From the NCBI GenBank assembly GCA_965223845.1, contig CBDCXR010000004.1, forward strand, positions 3,552,001 through 3,616,000: a DNA stretch of 64,000 nt, given 5' to 3'. This DNA comes from Planctomycetota bacterium. GTDB lineage: Bacteria > Planctomycetota > UBA8108 > SXIK01. Under the pieces are notes generated by a model. That model did not search any database, was not told where the DNA came from, and saw only the letters and a program-made list of their open reading frames with translations. The position numbers were made by a program, and so were the translations under genes. Positions 58,466 to 64,000 of the stretch are shown one piece after another (the stretch's first letter is position 1; each line of letters opens with the position of its first letter).

Positions 58466-61074
58466 GATTCTTCTACGAGATCTACAGCACGCGCCGGCGT
58501 GCCGACCTGCTCCTCACCGCCGCGGACATCGCTTGCGTCAGCACGGTCGTTGCGTTCGCGACGGGAGTTTTGGGTTCGCGCGCTCCGGGAGTCGAGATCG
58601 GCCTTCTCTTCCTCTGGGCGGGAACGCCGCGATGCGTCGCGAAGGCGATCGCGCGCTTCGACCGCCCCGCCGCGTTTCACCGAGCGCTCGCCGCGTCGCT
58701 CCTCCTCACGACAGGGATCGTCGTCCTCCTCGTCACGGGCTGGGATCTCGTTCAATCCGTGAGCGGAGCCTCGCCGGGCTGCAGTCCAACGCCGCTGACA
58801 CTGGGGCTGATGTTCTGTGCGTGGGGCGCGGGGTTCCTCGTCCTCCAATCGCGGACGTACCGGCTCGCCGACTTCTTCCTCGCCGCGACGATCGCGTCCG
58901 GTCTCAAGGATGGTCTTCCCGACTGGGCGCTCTGGTTGCCGTTGTTCTTCGGCGCCATCGCGGCGTCCTCCGCGGTACGGCATCTTCTCCACAACGTCTT
59001 CTCCGAGACGAGGACGCCTCCGCTCAATCTTCAGAACGCGCGCGTCATCGCGGCGGCGGTGGGAATCGGTGGGGCGTGTATCTTCCTCGCGCTCAGCTTC
59101 GTCTTCGGCGGCGGCACGATGCCCGAGAACTCGCGAGTCGTCGCGACCGCAGAGCTCCACGAGCGAGAAGCGCGCCGACTCGAGCGCCGGGACGCGAGCG
59201 CGCGTGGGGGGTCGAGCTCGAGTCTGGGCGACTCTTCGCTCGCTCCCCGCGCTCACGGAGCCCCGGGCGACGCGATGCCCGGAACGGCGCGACGAACCGC
59301 ACTGACGACGAGCGTCGCTCTTCACGATCTCGCGAAGCCGAATCTGGACGCGGGGGAAGTTCTCCGGGTTCGCGCGGTGCCGAACTCCCCCGCCGCACGC
59401 CGCTGGCGTCCCGCGCAGAGTTCGCTTTGGAAAGCGATGTCCTTCTCGACGTTCGATCCGCCGAGCCACTCGTGGTCAGATCCCGCCGCGCTCGTCGAGG
59501 TCGACGCAGAGGGTCGCATCGAACGCGAGATACCGGCCGACGTCGCCGAGACCAGAGAAACCGAGTCGATCGAGCTCCTCTATCACGTTGTTCAGCCGGT
59601 GTTCGCCCATATCGCCACGCCCTACTTCACGCGCGAAGTCCGCACCACCGGTGAGTTCGCACCCACACTCGAGAGCGTCGTCCTCACTCTCCCGGGCCGC
59701 GATCTGTATTCGGAACCGCAACTCGAAACGGGTGCGGTCTACGCGACGTCGACGCTGGCGACGGACGACATCTTTCGCCTTCCCATCCACCAGACCGCGG
59801 ACTCGGCAAGCATCGACCCACTGTATAGCGAGCTGCCGACGACGAGTGCGCTCGGATTCGACTTCGCCGCGACCGCCCGCGGCTTCCGCCTCCCGCTCAT
59901 CGGCACCGTCGCAGAGAAGGTCGACGTTCTCAAGACGAGGTTCCGAGAGGACGGCTACGTCTATTCGAACGCGAAGGCGTGGGAAAGCCTCGGCGCATCA
60001 CCGCTCGAGAACTTCTTCCGCGAGCGGCGCGGCGACTGCACGTACTTCGCGACTGCGGCCGCGCTCCTCCTCCGTTCCGCCGGCGTCCCGACCCGACTCG
60101 CGGCGGGTTTCCTCGGCGGAGAGTGGGATCCCGAGCGACACGAAGTGGTCATCCGAAATCAAACCGCACACGCGTGGGTGGAAGTGCACGTTCCCGGATC
60201 CGGTTGGTATCCGCTCGACCCGACGCGGTGGGTGAAGGCCGACTCCACGTCCGTGCTGCCGTCGGTCTCCGACGGATTCGAGCCACTCCCACCCGACCCG
60301 CATCAAGAACGCGACCCGAGCGAGCCGACCGAAGAGCCCGAGGTCGCGAACGACGGTAGCTCGACGACGTCGGACGCACACCGGCGACTGGGAGCCCGTG
60401 AAGCGCGGCGCCCTCCGCGGCGCCTCCTCCCCGCGCGCCCCCCACCGCCGAAGACTCGGCTGCGCTCCTTCGTTTCGATCGAGCGGAGCGCGCCGCCGCT
60501 ACCGGAGGACGATGCCACCACGGCAAACGCCGACAGCACCGCCGCGTCCGGCGGCGAAACCAGCCGCGCCTCGACGACGTCTCCCGCCGGCGATGCCCCG
60601 AATGACCCGAGCTCGAGTCGCCTCCGACTCTCGAAACGCTGGGGATTCGCCGTCCGCGTCCTCTTCGTCGGCGTGATCGGCGGCTTGATCGCCCTCGTGA
60701 TCCTGTCGTACCTGAAACCGGCGGCAGACGACGAGGACGATGCAGATGACGAAGACGGAATCCCCGACGATTTTCTCGTCGGAGAACCGATGTCCGTTCC
60801 GCTGTTCACGTCGTCAGCGCGCGACCGCGTACTCGGCGCCTACTACCGCCTGCAGGGACAACTCGCCGCGACGCGCGACCACCGCCGCGCGCACCAAACT
60901 CCGGTCGAGCATGCGCGGTCTCTCTACTCCCGCTCCCCGGAACTCGAGCGATGGTTCGACGAGGTCCATCGCGTGTTCTACCTCGTCCTCTACGCCGATC
61001 ACGAGATAGCGCCGTCCGAGGCTCAACGCTTCGAGTCGAACTGCCGGCGCATCCATCGGATCCTCTCGCGCTAG
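58462..61074 (+). CDS. Membrane transglutaminase-like protein (TgpA/DUF3488 + DUF4129)
   Basis: Multi-TM N-terminus; triad GDCTYFA, AHAWVEV, GWYPLDPT; C-terminal TM and QTPVEHA..LYA; ATGA overlap with DUF58. Confidence 0.9.
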   Translation: MRFFYEIYSTRRRADLLLTAADIACVSTVVAFATGVLGSRAPGVEIGLLFLWAGTPRCVAKAIARFDRPAAFHRALAASLLLTTGIVVLLVTGWDLVQSVSGASPGCSPTPLTLGLMFCAWGAGFLVLQSRTYRLADFFLAATIASGLKDGLPDWALWLPLFFGAIAASSAVRHLLHNVFSETRTPPLNLQNARVIAAAVGIGGACIFLALSFVFGGGTMPENSRVVATAELHEREARRLERRDASARGGSSSSLGDSSLAPRAHGAPGDAMPGTARRTALTTSVALHDLAKPNLDAGEVLRVRAVPNSPAARRWRPAQSSLWKAMSFSTFDPPSHSWSDPAALVEVDAEGRIEREIPADVAETRETESIELLYHVVQPVFAHIATPYFTREVRTTGEFAPTLESVVLTLPGRDLYSEPQLETGAVYATSTLATDDIFRLPIHQTADSASIDPLYSELPTTSALGFDFAATARGFRLPLIGTVAEKVDVLKTRFREDGYVYSNAKAWESLGASPLENFFRERRGDCTYFATAAALLLRSAGVPTRLAAGFLGGEWDPERHEVVIRNQTAHAWVEVHVPGSGWYPLDPTRWVKADSTSVLPSVSDGFEPLPPDPHQERDPSEPTEEPEVANDGSSTTSDAHRRLGAREARRPPRRLLPARPPPPKTRLRSFVSIERSAPPLPEDDATTANADSTAASGGETSRASTTSPAGDAPNDPSSSRLRLSKRWGFAVRVLFVGVIGGLIALVILSYLKPAADDEDDADDEDGIPDDFLVGEPMSVPLFTSSARDRVLGAYYRLQGQLAATRDHRRAHQTPVEHARSLYSRSPELERWFDEVHRVFYLVLYADHEIAPSEAQRFESNCRRIHRILSR

Positions 61075-61117
61075 CCGGCGATCCTCACGTCGACGACACC
61101 GGCGCGTCCCCGCCCGA

Positions 61118-63982
61118 TCAGCAAGCGGAATACGACTCGCACCCGAGGTGTCCGGGCGAGTCCTTCGGATCGGGGTCGGCGCCGCAGGGCCGATCCGGCG
61201 CACCCGGAGCAGCCGGTGGCCGGCCGTTCGAGAAGAGAAAGTAGAGCAACCCGACCGGGTCGTCGAGGGCGACTCGGCCGTCGTTGTCGAAGTCGGCCGT
61301 CTCGCGACAGCTCGGGATCTCGCCGCTCGAGAAGAGCCAGCCCAAAACGCGGATCGCATCCGTAATCGCCAGCCGCCCGTCGGCGTCCGCGTCGCCGCGG
61401 TGGAAGGTCCCGTCTTCGCAGGAATCGAGGATCCCGTTGCGATTGTGATCCACCTCGCCCGTCATCTCCGTGGAGTTCGAGAACTGAAAGAGCGTCGAAC
61501 CGAATCCGAGCCAGCCGATGTCGAAGTCGCAAGCCAGGCAGATCATCTGCGCTCCGACAACGAGATCGAGCTGACCGTCGCCGTCGATGTCGCCCGCGGC
61601 GATTCCCGCGGGCTCTTCGAACTCGCCGAATTCCGGGCCGCGCCGCGGAACGAAGCGTCCATCGCCACTGCTCGAAAAAAAACGGACGACCGCCGTCGAG
61701 TTTTGCCAATCAAACTCAGCGACGACAAGATCGTCGTCGCCATCGTCGTCGTAGTCCATTGCGGCCACAGGCCCGAAGCTCGGGACGGGAGCCGACGAAA
61801 TCTCCTTGAGGACGCCGTCCTCGAGCCCGACGAGCGTTCCGATACCGTCGGACCGGATCACCACGACCTCGTCTCCGCCGCCCGGTCGAAAGTCTCCGAC
61901 GACGAATCGGTCGCTCCGAGCGCCGAACTCGATGCTCCCGGCGATGAGCTCGAAGTCGCCGGCTCCGTTCCCTGCGAGCCAACGAGTCTCGCGATCTTCG
62001 GTGGTGACTAAGAGATCGAGAGTCCCATCGCCGTCGAGATCGACGAGCTCCACTTCGGCAAAGGGATTGCGACGCGAGAAGGGACCCGGAACGAGCTTGT
62101 CGCCATCATTCATGTCGACCCGGAGTCGTCTCTGCTCGTCGAACCGAAGGAAGTCGAGATCCCCGTCACCATCGAGATCACCGCTGGCGACGAATCGGCC
62201 CGTTTCGGATCCCTCCAGTGAGACGATCGATTCGAACACGCCACGATCGTTGACCGCCACTTCGATGACGGCTTCTTCGCGGAGCGACATCACGACGACA
62301 TCCAGGTCGCCGTCGCCGTCGAAATCCGCGATGCGGAGAGGGTCGCTGCGAGTCCACGCCGGCGAAAACTCCGCGTCAAACACGAGCCGCTCGCCGTCAC
62401 TGCGCGCCGTGCGAATCCGCCGCTGAGCGTCCGAGACCACCACGATGAAATCGTCTCGGCCATCGCCGTCCAAATCGTCGAACGCTCCGGCTTCGGCAAA
62501 GATGAACTCGCCGCCCTCCTGAAATCGATCGGCCTCGCCGAAGCGCGGTGTCGCCGCTTCATCGCATGCGTCGAGGGCGCCGTTTCCGTTACAGTCCGAT
62601 GCCGAGCCATCGGCGATTTCGCACGCGTCTGGAATCCCGTTTTCGTCGCAATCCGTGTCACACTCGTCGGGAACGGCGTTGAAATCGCAATCGCGGCTCG
62701 CTCCCGTGGCGAGGTCGCATTCATCCGGGACGCCGTTCTCGTTGCAGTCGTTCCCATCGAGTTCGCACTCGTCGGGCACGAGAGACTCGTTGCAGTCCGG
62801 ACTGAGCGCGCGTGAACCCGGGATGAGGTGGAGGATGTCGCCCGCGAGATCAATCGCCACCCAGCGCGGCGCGACGTCGCCGGGGTTCGAGATCGCCGCG
62901 AGTCCGGTGACGCCTGCGATCCTCGGGTGGTCGACCGGCGAGGCAAACGACCCGTCTCCGCGATTCCAGTAGGACGTGAGCGGAGCTCGACGCGAGCCTC
63001 CCACGAGAAGGTCGACATCGCCGTCCTCGTCCGCATCACCGGCGAGCATCATCGTCGTCCCCGGGGACGTCGGCATCGTGAGGCGATCGAAAAACTCTCC
63101 TTCACCCGAGTTGCGGAGGACGGCGATCTCCCGCTGGAGCGCCGCCGCGAGGTCCGGACGGCCGTCCGCGTCGAAGTCGTGCGCGAGGATTCGCTGCACG
63201 GATCCCGAGAAGTAGCTCCGAGGCGGAGCGAATCCGGCGGCTCCCTCGCTGAGGAGGATGCTCACCGATTCCTGGGAATTGCCGGTCGCGAGATCGAGCA
63301 AGCCGTCACCGTTGAAATCAGCCGCGGCGACGTCCACTGGACGTGCGCCGACGACGATCGTCTTCGCCTCGAACGATTCTTCGCCCTGGTTGTAAAACAC
63401 CCGAAGCAGCGACTGGTTGTCGACGACGGCGATGTCCGAGTCGCCGTCGCCATCGAAGTCGCCGGCTTCCACTGCGGCGACGACTACTTGCGAGACGCGC
63501 CGTTCGGTCCAAGTGCGAACGCCGGAGAGCCGAAAGAGCGCAATCCCTTCGCCACCGGCGACCACCTCGACGGAACCGTCGTTGTCGAAGTCGGCGACCG
63601 CGACCGCTCGCGGACTGATTTCCGTCGCCACCCAGTCGATGTCGAATCCTCTCGACGTGCCCCAAGCGAACTGAATCAGACCGCGACGGCAGACGCCGGC
63701 GAGATCGGCGTGACCGTCCCGATCGAGATCGGCCACCGCCACTTGATCCGTGCCGGAACAAGAGAGGTCACCGATATCGACGGGAGAGAACTCCAGATTC
63801 ACGGGCGCGATATCGCACTCGTCGGGAACGGAGTTCGCGTTGCAGTCGACGCTTCGCCCACTCGCGATATCGAGCACGTCGTCGATGCCGTTGCGATTGC
63901 AATCGAAGGCGGCGACGGACGTCGTCAAGAAAGCGAGCACGGCGGCGAGCGCGACGCGGCCGCGACGAACGATCTCGTGCAT
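61118..63982 (-). CDS. Secreted FG-GAP/VCBS beta-propeller protein with DCNxNGxPDxC repeats and C-terminal dockerin-like domain
   Basis: Signal peptide; about 14 D(F/L)DGDG..D repeats in two blocks; Cys/Asp repeats; FHRGDAD...ADFDNDG...LF tail; SD GGGAGGGAG. Confidence 0.88.
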   Translation of the reverse strand: MHEIVRRGRVALAAVLAFLTTSVAAFDCNRNGIDDVLDIASGRSVDCNANSVPDECDIAPVNLEFSPVDIGDLSCSGTDQVAVADLDRDGHADLAGVCRRGLIQFAWGTSRGFDIDWVATEISPRAVAVADFDNDGSVEVVAGGEGIALFRLSGVRTWTERRVSQVVVAAVEAGDFDGDGDSDIAVVDNQSLLRVFYNQGEESFEAKTIVVGARPVDVAAADFNGDGLLDLATGNSQESVSILLSEGAAGFAPPRSYFSGSVQRILAHDFDADGRPDLAAALQREIAVLRNSGEGEFFDRLTMPTSPGTTMMLAGDADEDGDVDLLVGGSRRAPLTSYWNRGDGSFASPVDHPRIAGVTGLAAISNPGDVAPRWVAIDLAGDILHLIPGSRALSPDCNESLVPDECELDGNDCNENGVPDECDLATGASRDCDFNAVPDECDTDCDENGIPDACEIADGSASDCNGNGALDACDEAATPRFGEADRFQEGGEFIFAEAGAFDDLDGDGRDDFIVVVSDAQRRIRTARSDGERLVFDAEFSPAWTRSDPLRIADFDGDGDLDVVVMSLREEAVIEVAVNDRGVFESIVSLEGSETGRFVASGDLDGDGDLDFLRFDEQRRLRVDMNDGDKLVPGPFSRRNPFAEVELVDLDGDGTLDLLVTTEDRETRWLAGNGAGDFELIAGSIEFGARSDRFVVGDFRPGGGDEVVVIRSDGIGTLVGLEDGVLKEISSAPVPSFGPVAAMDYDDDGDDDLVVAEFDWQNSTAVVRFFSSSGDGRFVPRRGPEFGEFEEPAGIAAGDIDGDGQLDLVVGAQMICLACDFDIGWLGFGSTLFQFSNSTEMTGEVDHNRNGILDSCEDGTFHRGDADADGRLAITDAIRVLGWLFSSGEIPSCRETADFDNDGRVALDDPVGLLYFLFSNGRPPAAPGAPDRPCGADPDPKDSPGHLGCESYSAC
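62561..62797 (-). repeat. Five tandem DCxxxxxxDxC Cys/Asp protein repeats
   Basis: DCNESLVPDEC, DCNENGVPDEC, DCDFNAVPDEC, DCDENGIPDAC, DCNGNGALDAC; two more copies at the N-terminus and a degenerate one before the tail. Confidence 0.85.
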
Positions 63983-64000
63983 GTTTCTCCCTCCCTCACG

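Noticed and set aside
56257-61074. MoxR-DUF58-transglutaminase operon as a novel system
   Set aside because: A widespread, already recognised triad; nothing atypical beyond a Pro/Ser-rich linker.

Overview
High-GC chromosomal window, most likely from a Planctomycetota bacterium (inferred from Cys-flanked dockerin-like C-terminal domains, DCNxNGxPDxC repeats, tandem DUF1080, membrane-anchored HEAT proteins and a DUF4912/GH57 pair). It holds about 42 mostly housekeeping or envelope genes: ptsP, a lipoate ligase, an ECF sigma/anti-sigma/PDZ cluster, an RluA-family synthase, MFS, SSS and AI-2E transporters, two cyclophilins, a GH57 branching enzyme-glycogen synthase fusion, ppdK, ferredoxin, ugd, proB, namZ, polA, a binding protein plus dual-core hybrid kinase, fxsA, ALDH7, a MoxR-DUF58-transglutaminase triad and two secreted proteins. 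I saw no tRNA, rRNA, CRISPR array, integrase or transposase. The most notable observations are: (1) a ~205-nt structured ncRNA/attenuator candidate at 34355-34565; (2) the GH57-GlgA fusion; (3) an ECF module whose GGAACC-N15-CGTA promoter precedes both the sigma gene and a protease-less tandem-PDZ lipoprotein; (4) histone-H1-like tails on PPDK and on a HEAT protein; (5) an orphan contractile-injection-system tail chaperone; (6) a recurrent 25-bp TAA-N19-TTA intergenic motif; (7) a shared C-terminal putative docking/sorting domain. All calls come from reading motifs by eye; no database searches were run.
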